Shown: positions 9,223 to 20,414 of the stretch, piece by piece | Position numbering within the stretch: position 1 is the stretch's first letter | Layout: each line of letters begins with the position of its first letter | Sequence record: SRR20825019_1657 | DNA: 48,617 nucleotides | Strand: one strand, 5' to 3' | Position numbers and translations under genes: made by a program | Notes under the pieces: generated by a model | What the model was told of the DNA's origin: nothing | Databases searched by the model: none | What the model saw: only the letters and a program-made list of their open reading frames with translations

Positions 9223-11163
9223 ATGATCATCACACTCACACTCATAGGCATCGGCGCGTTGGTCATGTTCATGTCCATCCTCGAAACGCGGCGAATACTG
9301 CAGACGCTGGGCGGCAATAAATATCGGCCGGTCTGGGTGATTCTGCGGCTCCTGATGGGCGCGTTTTTGTTGGGTTACATCGGAGTCGCCATCCTGATCA
9401 TCAGGGGACACGAATCCTGGATTCTCCTACTGACCGGATGGGTGTTTTTCTTTGGAGCCGTCTTTGTTTACACCGTGGTTCGCACGGGCTATCTGAGCAT
9501 TAAGGAACTGCTGATCACCCAAAAAGTCGCGGATCGAGCCCGGCGCGCCCAAGCGGCGGCCGAAGAGGTCGCAAAGGCCAAGAGTGAATTTCTCGCCAAC
9601 ATGAGCCACGAGATTCGCACGCCCATGAATGGAGTCATCGGGATGACCGGACTGCTGCTCGACAGCAAGCTGAACACCGAACAACGCCAGTTTACGGAAT
9701 CAGTCCGCAACTCCGCCGATAACTTGATGACCATCATCAATGACATTCTGGATTTTTCCAAAATCGAAGCCGGCAAGCTCACCTTCGAGGTCCTCGATTT
9801 CGATCCGATCGAAGCGGTTGAAAGCACCTTGGAAATACTCGCCGCGCGGGCTCAAAGCAAAAACATCGAACTCATTGCCGATACTTATCAGGAACTCCCC
9901 CGCAGATTGCGTGGGGACTCGGGCCGGCTCGGGCAAATCCTCACGAACCTCGCAGGCAATGCGATCAAGTTCACCGAGAAAGGTGAGGTGGTCATCAAGG
10001 TCAGTGCCTCCAAGGAAACCGATTCCCATGCAACGCTGCGTTTCGAAGTCATCGACACCGGCATCGGCATCCCTCCGGAAGCTCAGGAACGCCTGTTTAA
10101 ATCCTTCAGTCAGGCGGACAGTTCCACGACCAGGAAATACGGCGGCACCGGTTTGGGTCTGGCGATTTCCAAGCAATTGGTCGGCATGATGGGGGGATCG
10201 ATCGGGGTGGAAAGCGAAGCTGGCCGAGGCTCCACCTTCTGGTTCACGGCTCAATTTGAAAAGCAAACCGGCGCCCCCAAACCGAAACGGACCGCCCTCA
10301 AAGAGCCAAACAATGTGCGCGTGCTCGTCGTCGACGACAATGACACCAATCGCCTCATCCTGAAGCATCAGCTCACCAATTGGAAAATGAAAATGGGAAT
10401 CGCCGCCCATGGGAAGGAAGCACTCCGCTTACTACACGAAGCCTCCAAAGCCGGCGAACCCTTCGATCTTGCGATTCTGGATATGCAAATGCCGGAGATG
10501 GATGGACTGATGCTGGCCCGGGCCATCAAAGCCGATCCCGCCATTGCGAAAACCCGTTTGATCATGCTGACCTCGCTCGGTTCCAGCTTCAATGAGGAAG
10601 AACTCGCGGCATCCGGCCTTGATGCCTATCTGCCCAAACCCATCAGACAATCCCGCCTCTTCGATTCGCTGGTCGATGTGCTTGATCCGGGAGAAAGCAC
10701 CGAAAAATCGAATCAGGAAAGCACTTCCCCGCTGCCGGAAGAGCCTACCGCATCGAAACTACCTCCGCTGCACATTCTCGTGGCAGAGGACAACCAGGTG
10801 AATCAAAAGGTCGCCATCCATCTGTTGAAAAAACTAGGCTGCACCGCCGATGTCGTTGCAAACGGCGAGGAAGTCTTGGAGCAACTTTCGCAGATTACCT
10901 ACGACCTTGTGCTGATGGATTGCCAAATGCCCGAGATGGATGGCTATGAAGCGACCCGACTCATCCGCAAACGCGAGCAGGACACCAATCGCCGGTGCCG
11001 TTGGAAAGCCCCTATGCATGTGATCGCCATGACCGCCAACGCGATGCAAGGTGACCGGGAACATTGTCTGAAAGTGGGCATGGATGACTACGTCAGTAAG
11101 CCCACCCGTCTGTCGGATATCCAGGGAGCATTGGAGCGATTCTGTGAGAAGAAAGCCTCCTAA
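9223..11163 (+). CDS. Hybrid sensor histidine kinase (3 TM, HisKA, HATPase, two receivers)
   Basis: [43 protein letters not shown] motifs DMQMPEMDG and DCQMPEMDG. Confidence 0.95.
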   Translation: MIITLTLIGIGALVMFMSILETRRILQTLGGNKYRPVWVILRLLMGAFLLGYIGVAILIIRGHESWILLLTGWVFFFGAVFVYTVVRTGYLSIKELLITQKVADRARRAQAAAEEVAKAKSEFLANMSHEIRTPMNGVIGMTGLLLDSKLNTEQRQFTESVRNSADNLMTIINDILDFSKIEAGKLTFEVLDFDPIEAVESTLEILAARAQSKNIELIADTYQELPRRLRGDSGRLGQILTNLAGNAIKFTEKGEVVIKVSASKETDSHATLRFEVIDTGIGIPPEAQERLFKSFSQADSSTTRKYGGTGLGLAISKQLVGMMGGSIGVESEAGRGSTFWFTAQFEKQTGAPKPKRTALKEPNNVRVLVVDDNDTNRLILKHQLTNWKMKMGIAAHGKEALRLLHEASKAGEPFDLAILDMQMPEMDGLMLARAIKADPAIAKTRLIMLTSLGSSFNEEELAASGLDAYLPKPIRQSRLFDSLVDVLDPGESTEKSNQESTSPLPEEPTASKLPPLHILVAEDNQVNQKVAIHLLKKLGCTADVVANGEEVLEQLSQITYDLVLMDCQMPEMDGYEATRLIRKREQDTNRRCRWKAPMHVIAMTANAMQGDREHCLKVGMDDYVSKPTRLSDIQGALERFCEKKAS

Positions 11164-11218
11164 CTCGCCGGGAAGAAAGATGGCCAAGCCGGACTGAATC
11201 GACCATCAACGACAGCCT

Positions 11219-12865
11219 ATGTCCGATTCGATTCATTCGACAGAAATCGCCATCATCGGAGCAGGAGTTGGCGGATGCGCCGCCGCCCTCTCCTCCCTCG
11301 AAGCCGGAGCCCGCGTGATTCTCACCGAAGAAACCCGCTGGATCGGTGGACAGCTCACCTCGCAAGCCGTGCCGCCCGACGAACACGGCTGGATCGAGCG
11401 ATTCGGACGCACCTCGAGCTATGCCCGTTTTCGCGACGCCGTGCGCGGCTACTATCGCGAACACTATCCGCTGCGCCCCGAGTTTCGCGATGATCCCAAA
11501 CTCAATCCCGGCAACGGCTGGGTCTCCCCCCTCTGCCACGAACCGAAGGTCGCGCTCGCCGTGCTCGAAGCGATGCTCGCACCCTATCGGGAAAGCGGAC
11601 AACTCCGCGTCTTCCTCGAAACGACCCCCACCTCGGCCGAACTCGGGGCCAACTCCGATACGATTACTTCCGTGCAACTCACCACGCGCGAGCACGGCGT
11701 GATTAACATCGAAGCATCCTGGTTTCTCGATGCCACCGAGCTGGGTGATCTCCTCGCTCTCAGTAAAACCGAATCCGTGACCGGTCGTGAATCGCAGGCG
11801 CAAACCGGTGAGCCGAGTGCACCCGTCAAAGCACAACCGACCAATAATCAGGCCTTCTCTTGGTGCTTCGCGCTCGAACATCTCGAAGGCACCAATCAAG
11901 TCGGCGAGCCTCCCCGCGATTATGATTATTGGCGCAACTACGAAGCCGACCTCACCCCTCGCTGGCCCGGCAAATGGTTGGGCTGGAGCGGACTGAATCC
12001 GCGCACGATGGAGGCGATGCACTACAAGTTCGCGCCGCATCAGGAGAAGCTCGGCCTGTTCTCCGGACTCTGGACCTTCCGCCGGATCATCGATCGCGAT
12101 CTCTTCGAACCCGGCACCTATCCCAGCGATCTCGTGATGGTGAACTGGCCGATGGTCGATTACCTCGGCGGCGATCTCATCTCGGCCAACGCCGCTCAGC
12201 GCGCCCAACTTTACGACGGTGCGAAACAACTCAGCCTGTCCATTTTTCATTGGCTCCAAACCGAAGCTCCGCGGCCGGATGGCGGCATCGGTTGGCCCGG
12301 GTTGCGGTTACGTCCCGACATCCTCGGCACCGAGGACGGACTCGCGATGGCGCCCTACATTCGTGAATCCCGCCGCATCCAAGCCCTCACCACGATTCGC
12401 GAACAGGACGTCTCTTCGGCGCACTTACCCGCCGGATCCGATCGCGCGCGTCCATTCGCCGACAGCATCGGAGTGGGCTATTATCGGATCGATCTGCATC
12501 CCTCCTGCGGCGGGGACAACTACGTCGATGTGCATTCGCTCCCGTTTCAAATTCCGCTCGGCGCCATCATTCCCGTGCGGATGAAAAATCTCCTCCCCGC
12601 CTGTAAAAACATCGGCACGACCCACGTCACCAACGGCTGCTACCGGCTCCACCCCGTCGAATGGAACATCGGTGAATCCGCCGCCGCCCTCGCCGTGCAT
12701 TGTTTGCGCGAACAGCTCACGCCAAAACAACTCCATGCCGACCCAGCTCGCGTCTCTTCTTTCCAACAACTCATCCGCAATCGCGGCGTCGAACTGGAAT
12801 GGCCCGACCAACCCCTCGACCCCGTCGAAGGCGATCCCCATGCGCATGTGATGCACTTGGATTGA
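11219..12865 (+). CDS. FAD-dependent oxidoreductase
   Basis: GAGVGG Rossmann motif, 'IGGQLTSQAVPPDE', 'DATELGD', 'YIRESRRI', 'YRLHPVEWNIG'. Confidence 0.85.
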   Translation: MSDSIHSTEIAIIGAGVGGCAAALSSLEAGARVILTEETRWIGGQLTSQAVPPDEHGWIERFGRTSSYARFRDAVRGYYREHYPLRPEFRDDPKLNPGNGWVSPLCHEPKVALAVLEAMLAPYRESGQLRVFLETTPTSAELGANSDTITSVQLTTREHGVINIEASWFLDATELGDLLALSKTESVTGRESQAQTGEPSAPVKAQPTNNQAFSWCFALEHLEGTNQVGEPPRDYDYWRNYEADLTPRWPGKWLGWSGLNPRTMEAMHYKFAPHQEKLGLFSGLWTFRRIIDRDLFEPGTYPSDLVMVNWPMVDYLGGDLISANAAQRAQLYDGAKQLSLSIFHWLQTEAPRPDGGIGWPGLRLRPDILGTEDGLAMAPYIRESRRIQALTTIREQDVSSAHLPAGSDRARPFADSIGVGYYRIDLHPSCGGDNYVDVHSLPFQIPLGAIIPVRMKNLLPACKNIGTTHVTNGCYRLHPVEWNIGESAAALAVHCLREQLTPKQLHADPARVSSFQQLIRNRGVELEWPDQPLDPVEGDPHAHVMHLD

Positions 12866-12889
12866 ACGGGATTTGCCAATCAGGATTAA

Positions 12890-12981
12890 ACCACGAAATA
12901 CACTAAAGACACGAAACATACAAACTACTGAAGGCTGAGTATCCGAGGTCTTCCTTTCGTGTCTTTAGTGTATTTCGTGGT
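12890..12981. repeat. 27-bp perfect inverted repeat element between convergent genes
   Basis: accacgaaatacactaaagacacgaaa ... tttcgtgtctttagtgtatttcgtggt. Confidence 0.85.
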
Positions 12982-12989
12982 GACAAACC

Positions 12990-13184
12990 TCACCCCTCCG
13001 GATCGAAGATTGCTTCGATCGGTTTCTCAAAAAGTTGGGCGAGCTTAAAGGCCAGCGGCAGACTGGGATCGTATTTGCCCGTCTCGATCGCATTCACGGT
13101 TTGACGAGACACTCCCAGCTCATTGGCCAGCGATGCCTGCGACCATTGTTTGTCCGCCCGCAATTCGCGTAAGCGGTTTTTCAT
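12990..13184 (-). CDS. XRE/Cro-CI family HTH regulator
   Basis: MKNRLRELRA…SQASLANELGVSRQTVNAIETGKYDPSLPLAF; ATGA overlap with upstream gene. Confidence 0.92.
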   Translation of the reverse strand: MKNRLRELRADKQWSQASLANELGVSRQTVNAIETGKYDPSLPLAFKLAQLFEKPIEAIFDPEG

Positions 13185-13624
13185 GAGTAGCGACGATTGG
13201 CAATTGAGACCCCGATGCACCACAGGAAGAACATCACGAGATAGGTGCCACCGATTTCCAGACCATGCGGGAATTTCTCCCAGATAATCCCATTGGCGTT
13301 GAGCACGTTGATGATCGTGCCCACAATGACGGTGCCGATAGCAGCAAAGAGCCACGCCTCGAATTGGATTCGACGCTGCAATTCGTCTTTGGATCGCAGC
13401 AGCCGCAACTGACCGAGTAAATAGAGGATCCCCGGCAATACCGGAAGTAAGGTGAGTCCGATTTTCAACAACGGACTCCAATCCGGGTTTTCTCGCACCA
13501 GATAAAGCGTCACCAAATAGGTCACCGTCGCCACCGCCAACCAGCCGTTTGATTTCAGGCTATGACCAACGGAGCCTTTCTTCCGGCATGACTCCTCTTG
13601 TTTCGATTCAATGTGTTTTTCCAT
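13181..13624 (-). CDS. 4-TM membrane protein, XRE-associated
   Basis: Four hydrophobic segments, 'DELQRRIQFEA' motif, coupled to XRE gene. Confidence 0.75.
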   Translation of the reverse strand: MEKHIESKQEESCRKKGSVGHSLKSNGWLAVATVTYLVTLYLVRENPDWSPLLKIGLTLLPVLPGILYLLGQLRLLRSKDELQRRIQFEAWLFAAIGTVIVGTIINVLNANGIIWEKFPHGLEIGGTYLVMFFLWCIGVSIANRRYS

Positions 13625-13633
13625 GCCAATGAC

Positions 13634-13653
13634 ATGTAAAGCTCACTTTACAT
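13634..13653. promoter_or_regulatory. Palindromic operator, probable XRE autoregulatory site
   Basis: ATGTAAAG-ctca-CTTTACAT about 10 bp upstream of the operon start. Confidence 0.7.
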
Positions 13654-13705
13654 ATGTCAAGCACGCTTGTCACCCTTATCGATTTTCCCCACCGCGTCTG
13701 ACGAA

Positions 13706-15025
13706 TTATGCCAACACGAGGCGCAGCACGACCACCGCGGTAATCGCGGTGAGTCCGACCAAGGCCGAGCCGATCGTCACCAACCGATAGCCCTGCCCCA
13801 CTGACAATCCGGAGAGCTGCGTGACGACCCAGAAATAACTGTCGTTCACATGCGAGACGGTCATTCCGCCAGCCCCGATCGCCAGCGTCGTCAGAGCCAG
13901 CGCGGTCGAGCCTTCCAAGCCGAGCACGGGCAACAACGGCGATACCAACGAAGCGGTTGTCACGATCGCCACCGTCGATGACCCCTGGGCTGTTTTAAGT
14001 CCTGCGGCGACGAGAAACGGCAGGACAATGTTAAAAATCCCCAGATCAAACGTCGCCAACATCAGGCCGATTTGATCCGCCAGCGGCGTCACGCGCAGCA
14101 CCGCTCCGAGGGCCCCGCCCGCCGCCGTGATCAGCACAATCGATCCGGCCGCGCGCAGTGCCTCACTCGTCCAATCGCTCAAGGATTCCGTGCCGTGCTT
14201 TCGCGCCAATCCCAAGGCCAGAAAGGCGCCCAGCAACAACGCCACGTTGGGGTTCCCCAACAAGTCCAACACGGCTCCACCATGAGCACCCACCAGTGAA
14301 CGCGCCGCAATCAAAGCCACCGGCAACATGATCGGGGCAAACGCCGTCAACGCGCCCGGTAAATTTTCGATCTCCGATTCGTCCGCCGCAAGTTGCGCCG
14401 CCGGCGGCTCGATATACCAGCGGCGGCCCGCGTGGACCGCGTAAGCCCAAATCACCACCATCACCGGAACCGAAACAACGAGACCCAACGCAATCACCCG
14501 GCCAAGATCCGCGTGCAGCTCTCCGGCTGCGGCCACGGGTCCGGGAGTGGGCGGCACCAGACAATGCGTCGCATACAACCCCATACTCAGCGCGACCGCG
14601 AAGGCCGCCATCGAATGTTTGGTGCGGCGCGCCAGTGACCGTGCCAAGGGTGACAGCACCACGTAACCGGAATCACAAAACACCGGCACCGAGACGACCG
14701 ATCCCGTCAATGTCATGGCCAACACCGATCGTCCCGCGCCGACAATCCGCAAGGCCGTATTCGCCATGACCAACGCGGCGCCGGTTCGCTCCAACACCGT
14801 GCCGATAATACAACCGCTCGCGATCACGATCCCGATACCCGACACCGTGCGCCCCAATCCCCCCGTGAGAGTGGTCAAGGCAGCATCAACCGAAAGTCCG
14901 TTGACCAACCCATAGGCCGCCCCTCCCACCAGCAGAGCCAGAAACGGGTGCAGCCGCCACCGGCTGGTCGCGACAACGATCAGCACGATAACGGCTAATA
15001 ATGAAAAAATGGGAACGATGGACAT
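13706..15025 (-). CDS. GntP family permease
   Basis: 'LHPFLAL', 'VPVFCDSGYVVL', 'LVPPTPGP', 'KTAQGSSTVA', 'SHVNDSYFWVV'. Confidence 0.92.
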   Translation of the reverse strand: MSIVPIFSLLAVIVLIVVATSRWRLHPFLALLVGGAAYGLVNGLSVDAALTTLTGGLGRTVSGIGIVIASGCIIGTVLERTGAALVMANTALRIVGAGRSVLAMTLTGSVVSVPVFCDSGYVVLSPLARSLARRTKHSMAAFAVALSMGLYATHCLVPPTPGPVAAAGELHADLGRVIALGLVVSVPVMVVIWAYAVHAGRRWYIEPPAAQLAADESEIENLPGALTAFAPIMLPVALIAARSLVGAHGGAVLDLLGNPNVALLLGAFLALGLARKHGTESLSDWTSEALRAAGSIVLITAAGGALGAVLRVTPLADQIGLMLATFDLGIFNIVLPFLVAAGLKTAQGSSTVAIVTTASLVSPLLPVLGLEGSTALALTTLAIGAGGMTVSHVNDSYFWVVTQLSGLSVGQGYRLVTIGSALVGLTAITAVVVLRLVLA

Positions 15026-15085
15026 CAGGTTAGACCCTCGCTTCGGTCACACCATCCCAAAACACTCCGACCGTCGGCCGCATCA

Positions 15086-16522
15086 TCACTGGTAGTAAGG
15101 TTCGCCGCGTTCCCAGCGGGCCTGCGCTTCGCGCAAACGTGGATCGATCTTTTCCTCCCAACTCGATACTCCGTTTCTCAGCTCGCTCGCCCGCAACACC
15201 AGAGGTGTCCAGCATTCGCGTCCGGCATCATCGACCAACACGTAACGCAGGATCGGATCGTCCTGAGTGAGATCGCACTCGATCACGCCGACATTGGTCG
15301 AGCTGCTATATCCCGGGCGAATCCGAATCTCCGGCTGGATCCGCAACCAGCCCATACCGGGACGCTGCGCCAGCGGCGAGCTCGTCAGTTCATACAAATC
15401 GTAGCCGCCGCGTTTCGACCAGGGAATCGCGTTGAGCTCACCCATGTGGGTGTCGCCCGAAACAAGCACGACACCCTCGATACCTTCATCGCGAATAAAA
15501 TCAAACAGGGCATCGCGTTCGGCCTGAAACGCCGACCAGGCATCGCCTTTCGATCCTTTTGCCAAGCTCCAGCCACTGCCACTGACTAGGATTTTAAACG
15601 GGGCCTCGCTCGCCTTCAAGCCCGCCTTCAACCACTCCAACTGCACCGCGCCCAACATTGTTCGTTTGCCACCCTCCGGCGCCTTGTTCGGCGAACGATG
15701 ATAGCGGCCATCGAGCAAAAACAGGTCCACCCCGGCATAGGAATACGAGGTAAAGACACCCGGCGTGTCCTCCACTCCGTAGGAGGGATTGGCCCAATAG
15801 TTTTGAAACACGCCCAGCGCTTCCGCTTTGCCCGGATGTTCGCGGTCATGGTTATTCAATCCGTAATCGTGATCGTCCCAAATCGCGAGTTGAGGGATAC
15901 TCGTGAGGAACGAGTTCAATGCGGGCACTTCGTGAATGCGCCGGTATTCCTCTGCGAGCACCATCGGATCGAGCGCATCACCATAGATGTTATCGCCGAT
16001 CCAGATAAACGCATCCGGTGACCATTTTGCCAAGCCGCGCCAGATATTGTCTGCGGCCGAGGCCTGTAACCGGTAGCAGGAACCAAAGGCGATCCGGAAC
16101 CGTGCGGGTGATCCCTTGGCGGGCGGCGTGCGAAACGAAAACGCCGGATAGGGCTTCAGATATTTATCCACCCTCCCCGCGATCTCGACGCGATAGTAGT
16201 AAGTCGTCTCCGGAGCCAGGCCCGTCAATCGCAGTGTCGCGGTGCGATCAGAAGCGATCGTCGGCACCATGGAGGCACTCACTTGGGTGTCCTCCGAAAG
16301 CAGCCAGGGATCCAAGCCATAGCGCACGCGAACAGGTTCTAGGTGACTCGCGCGCACCCACACCAATGCGTCATCAGTCGTCACCGCCCCCAACATCGGG
16401 CCTTGCATAATGCGGGCGTAGCCATCCTCGGAACGAGCCTGCAAGCAGACCGCCCCGAGGATGAACCACGCCAGCGTGTTCAACCAAACCCAATAACGGG
16501 AAGATGAGAAAAATGAACGCAT
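15086..16522 (-). CDS. phoD: PhoD-family alkaline phosphatase
   Basis: Signal peptide, FN3-like N-domain, FGSC, GDNIYGD, IWDDHDY, LDGRYHR, SGDTH motifs. Confidence 0.88.
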   Translation of the reverse strand: MRSFFSSSRYWVWLNTLAWFILGAVCLQARSEDGYARIMQGPMLGAVTTDDALVWVRASHLEPVRVRYGLDPWLLSEDTQVSASMVPTIASDRTATLRLTGLAPETTYYYRVEIAGRVDKYLKPYPAFSFRTPPAKGSPARFRIAFGSCYRLQASAADNIWRGLAKWSPDAFIWIGDNIYGDALDPMVLAEEYRRIHEVPALNSFLTSIPQLAIWDDHDYGLNNHDREHPGKAEALGVFQNYWANPSYGVEDTPGVFTSYSYAGVDLFLLDGRYHRSPNKAPEGGKRTMLGAVQLEWLKAGLKASEAPFKILVSGSGWSLAKGSKGDAWSAFQAERDALFDFIRDEGIEGVVLVSGDTHMGELNAIPWSKRGGYDLYELTSSPLAQRPGMGWLRIQPEIRIRPGYSSSTNVGVIECDLTQDDPILRYVLVDDAGRECWTPLVLRASELRNGVSSWEEKIDPRLREAQARWERGEPYYQ

Positions 16523-16556
16523 CGGAATTAAAAACAGGTTCTGACGTTAGCGGTGA

Positions 16557-19364
16557 TTACATCTTCCACGTCACACCCGCGCGGGCGTTCCAGGAATAGA
16601 TTTCACTTCCGGCATAGCGTCCGACGGTCCCCCGTGATTCATCGAGAGGCTCTTCGCCCAGATTCAACACTTCCGCGAAGACCGACCAATTTTTATTGAT
16701 CCGGTAGCCGGCCTTGAAATCCAGAGTCGTGCGGGCATCGACATAGAAATCATTGTCCGCCACTCCGCCGATACTCGCGATGTAACGTCCCGTATAGTTG
16801 AGCGCCAGACGCACGTCCCAGCCATACTTCTCATAGTAGATCGCCGCGTTACCGGAACCATCCGCCTGCTTGAAGAAGGGAAGGTCCTCGCCGGGACGAG
16901 TGGGCACAACCACTTTGGAATCCGTCCAGGTGTAATTCATCGAATAGCCGAATCCGTCGAATGGTCCCGGCAGAAAGGTGAGATACTGCTGATAGTTGAG
17001 CTCCAGACCGGAGATCTCACCACTGTCGCCATTGGTCGGACGCGAGCGGCTCAACACACTGTAATAGCGATTTTCAAAGGTCACATCGCGCTCGATGGTC
17101 GCCCGACCGTAAATCGGGTTATCGATCTTTTTGTGGAAGATCGCGGCGGAAATCGATCCGGCGCTCTTGAAGTAATACTCCAGGCCAAGGTCGAAGTTCA
17201 TCGACTCATAGGGATCCAGATCGGGATTACCTTCACTGAAACTGCCGACAAACTCTCCGGGGACAATCTCATCGATTTCCGTTTCACGAGTCGGTGCCAA
17301 ATCCTCATAGGAAGGACGGCCCAGCGTGTTCGTCCATGATCCCCGCAATTGGAGGCGATCCGAAAACTTGTAGACCGTATGCAAACCCGGAAGCACATCC
17401 GAATAGCTCGTGGATCCGGTCAGGCGACGAAAGATCGCGACCCCGTTTTCCTCTCCAAACTCATTTCCGGCATAAGTCGCCTCCGTGATCTCCAAGCGCA
17501 CACCGGTCAGCACATTGAGCTTACCGAACTCGGCACTGCCCATCAGGTAGGTGGCCCAGATATCTTCCGTGGCATCAAAGTCGGATTCCGTGGAATCGCT
17601 CTGCGAACCGGAAGCATCGTAATCGAAGTAGCTCGGCGAAGAGGCAAAGAACGATTCGAGGGCGGCGATGTTCAGGGTTGGCCCGAAATTGATCGCGCCG
17701 TCAAAGAAGTCGGAAGGCGACTCCCCGGCCAAGCCGGCCTCGGACAAGCTGAAGGCAGCCCCGCCGGTATAGTTTTCATTCTCACGATCCAGCGACTTTT
17801 CCCGACTCAACCAGCGGGCCCCGGTCTTCCAGAATCCCTTGCCTCCGAAAAACGAAGCGTCGCGCTGGTAATTGAATTCCGCACTCAGCAGATCCTCAAC
17901 CTCCGCATCCGAACGACGGCGCACCCGGCGGAACGGATAGGCAGCCGGATCGTAAAAATCACTCGTCGGGGTGATTTCCGGCTGATAACCGGAAACATCG
18001 TAAGCACTCGGGAAAGCACTGGTCGACGAACGGAACTCCCAGTCGATCCGACGCGGGGTGATGCGTTCGGCGCGACCTGCGGTGATGCTGGCGTCAAACT
18101 TCGCCTCAGCCAATTCCATCACCGTGCCCGCCTGCACATTGTTGATCTCACGGGTCTGCAGGTAGCTGCGAAACTCGCGGGAAGCACGACCCTCGGTCCA
18201 CTCACCGCTCGTCGCCGTTTGATTGACGAGATCACCGCGATCATAATCGAAATCGACCTGGTTTCTGCCTTCGTCGTCACGGAAGGTGTTCATGCTCGTC
18301 CGCAAATAAAAGCTCTTCCCTTCCTCCGGACGGAATTCCAAGGCACCGTTCAAGCCGGTGCGGCGGCGGTTCACATCGTAATCAAACAAGGTCTGCGAGG
18401 TGGGCGTGTAGTAGCCGTTGCGTTCGACCCATCCACCCGTGCTGTAAAGATCGGAGGCATAACGGCGATGCGAGTAGCTCGCGCCCATGACCAATCCCCA
18501 TTTGTTATCACCAAACGTGGTCCCAAAACTGGCCGACCCCTGATAAAGCGGCTCGCCACTCTTGTCGTTCTGACCACCGGAAAAACGCACGGTCGCAAAG
18601 GCTTCCTCCCGATCAAACGCACTCGGCGTCACGATGTTCACCGAAGCACCGATCGCATTGTGATCCATATCCGGAGTCACCGCCTTGATCACCTCGATCC
18701 GGGAGATGAGGTCGGAGGGCACCGTGTCCATCGCCACGGCACGCGACCCGCCATCGGGAGAACCGACGGTCTGGCCGTTGATCGTCATATTATTCAGCGC
18801 CGAATCCACACCGCGCACGACGATAAACCGACCCTCGCCCTGATCGATTTCCGCCACCACGCCGGGCAGACGGCGCACGGCCTCAGCCGCATTGTCGTCG
18901 GGCAGCTTGCCAATCGAGTCGGCAGAAACGACATCGATCAGATTGACCGACACCCGCTTTTGCTGAAGCGCGCGGGCCAGACCTTCCCGGTTACCCTCAA
19001 CCACGAAGTCTTCGAGCTTGAGCACTTCCTCACCGGCTTCGAAATCGGCCGTCTGATTCTTCCCCGCCTCGATCGTCACGGTGTGCGCCACCGCGTTGTA
19101 GCCGAGATAGGAGACTTCCACTTGGTAAGTGCCCGGGGCCAGGTCGCGCAAAGCATAGCGCCCTTCACGATCCGTCGTCGTCGTCTCGGACGATCCGGCG
19201 ATCGAAATCTCAGCCCCAAAGAGGAAACTGTTGTTGTTCGCATCCCGCACGCGACCGGAAAGCGTTTCCGCCATCGCCGTGGGCGAAAAAAGAAGCAGGC
19301 CGCCGACCAGGCCGCCGAGTGCACGCCAGGAGCGCGCTGAAAAAATGTTGTTACGTAGATTCAT
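16557..19364 (-). CDS. TonB-dependent receptor with N-terminal carboxypeptidase-regulatory-like domain
   Basis: Signal peptide, plug 'IGKLPDDNAAEAVRRLPG…VRG', 'RIEVIKAVTPD', 'GNPDLDPYES', amphipathic C-terminal strand. Confidence 0.93.
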   Translation of the reverse strand: MNLRNNIFSARSWRALGGLVGGLLLFSPTAMAETLSGRVRDANNNSFLFGAEISIAGSSETTTTDREGRYALRDLAPGTYQVEVSYLGYNAVAHTVTIEAGKNQTADFEAGEEVLKLEDFVVEGNREGLARALQQKRVSVNLIDVVSADSIGKLPDDNAAEAVRRLPGVVAEIDQGEGRFIVVRGVDSALNNMTINGQTVGSPDGGSRAVAMDTVPSDLISRIEVIKAVTPDMDHNAIGASVNIVTPSAFDREEAFATVRFSGGQNDKSGEPLYQGSASFGTTFGDNKWGLVMGASYSHRRYASDLYSTGGWVERNGYYTPTSQTLFDYDVNRRRTGLNGALEFRPEEGKSFYLRTSMNTFRDDEGRNQVDFDYDRGDLVNQTATSGEWTEGRASREFRSYLQTREINNVQAGTVMELAEAKFDASITAGRAERITPRRIDWEFRSSTSAFPSAYDVSGYQPEITPTSDFYDPAAYPFRRVRRRSDAEVEDLLSAEFNYQRDASFFGGKGFWKTGARWLSREKSLDRENENYTGGAAFSLSEAGLAGESPSDFFDGAINFGPTLNIAALESFFASSPSYFDYDASGSQSDSTESDFDATEDIWATYLMGSAEFGKLNVLTGVRLEITEATYAGNEFGEENGVAIFRRLTGSTSYSDVLPGLHTVYKFSDRLQLRGSWTNTLGRPSYEDLAPTRETEIDEIVPGEFVGSFSEGNPDLDPYESMNFDLGLEYYFKSAGSISAAIFHKKIDNPIYGRATIERDVTFENRYYSVLSRSRPTNGDSGEISGLELNYQQYLTFLPGPFDGFGYSMNYTWTDSKVVVPTRPGEDLPFFKQADGSGNAAIYYEKYGWDVRLALNYTGRYIASIGGVADNDFYVDARTTLDFKAGYRINKNWSVFAEVLNLGEEPLDESRGTVGRYAGSEIYSWNARAGVTWKM

Positions 19365-19429
19365 GGTAGATCAAGTTCGCCAGCCGTTAGGCGTCCTTTT
19401 TCTACCCATGTCAACGATGGCCGACTTCC

Positions 19430-19457
19430 GTCACAAAGACGTTTCTCGCCTGTCACA
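19430..19457. promoter_or_regulatory. Pho-box-like GTCAC direct repeats (22 bp apart)
   Basis: GTCACA at 19430 and 19452, upstream of the TBDR-phoD genes. Confidence 0.35.
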
Positions 19458-19521
19458 TTCGAGGTCAATTTCGGATTAATTAGCGCTACTTAGGTAACAC
19501 TATAAATCCACCGCTTAACTC

Positions 19522-20361
19522 TCACTCGACGCGGAGGAGACGGCACACCACGACTTCGCGGGCCTTCTTGCGAATACCATAAAACACTTCCGGATCCTCC
19601 GGATCCCACGCGAACGCCTGACCCTCGAAAGGGATTTCAACCGTGCCCACCCACTCCAAAACCGAACCCATTTTCGGAAAGTGAAGGATGTGCAGCTCAC
19701 GATCATCGTGACCCGTCACATAGAGATAACCGCCCGGCCCGAACGCACCGCCGGAAAGAGTATAAGCACCGCCGATGTGCTCGAATAACGCCGCCGGAAA
19801 CGCCCAACCTCCGGTCCGCCGCCATTGCTCATCAAAGCGCACCAGACTCGTCCAGGTCGGATCCCGATTCGGCTCGGCTGCTCGATTCGAATAGTGCGCG
19901 AAGCACGCGATCCAACCGTCCTCCCAACGATCCACCCAGGTCAACGATCCAAAATAGATTCCAAAACTCTGACTCCCGATCGGAGTGAGCGTCTTCGGAT
20001 CAAAGCGCTCCACCGAGCCCTGCATCGGCACTCCCGGATAGTTCGAATGCGACACGACCAGTTCACCCTCGTGCACCAGCCCCGCATTTAAATGGATCAC
20101 CGGCCCGCCTTTTGGCGAGGACCATGACGCCACTTTTTCATGAGTGCCCTTGGTATATTTCCCGAGCTCACGATTCCCAATGACGTAAATAAAATTTTCA
20201 TCCACCGCCACGCCCTGACGAGCCTCCTCCGCGGAAAAGCGCGCGACTTCTTCCACCCGCCATTCCGATAGCCCCTCCCGCTCGTTCGACATACCCGGCG
20301 CGACCCAGGTTAAAAAAACCAATACCACCGACCAATGAAACTGAATGTATCGTGACACCAT
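19522..20361 (-). CDS. Secreted hypothetical protein, probable beta-propeller
   Basis: Signal peptide; 'EARQGVAVD', 'HLNAG', 'GSLTW', 'SGGAFGPGGYLYVTGHD', 'EGQAFAWD' blade-like repeats. Confidence 0.7.
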   Translation of the reverse strand: MVSRYIQFHWSVVLVFLTWVAPGMSNEREGLSEWRVEEVARFSAEEARQGVAVDENFIYVIGNRELGKYTKGTHEKVASWSSPKGGPVIHLNAGLVHEGELVVSHSNYPGVPMQGSVERFDPKTLTPIGSQSFGIYFGSLTWVDRWEDGWIACFAHYSNRAAEPNRDPTWTSLVRFDEQWRRTGGWAFPAALFEHIGGAYTLSGGAFGPGGYLYVTGHDDRELHILHFPKMGSVLEWVGTVEIPFEGQAFAWDPEDPEVFYGIRKKAREVVVCRLLRVE

Positions 20362-20414
20362 TGTCAGCGGTCGTAGCAGCGTTCACAACGCGACGTCAAA
20401 GCGCATCGGCGGCT

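Noticed and set aside
17349-19340. 663-aa plus-strand ORF
   Set aside because: Antisense to the TonB-dependent receptor; no domain signal
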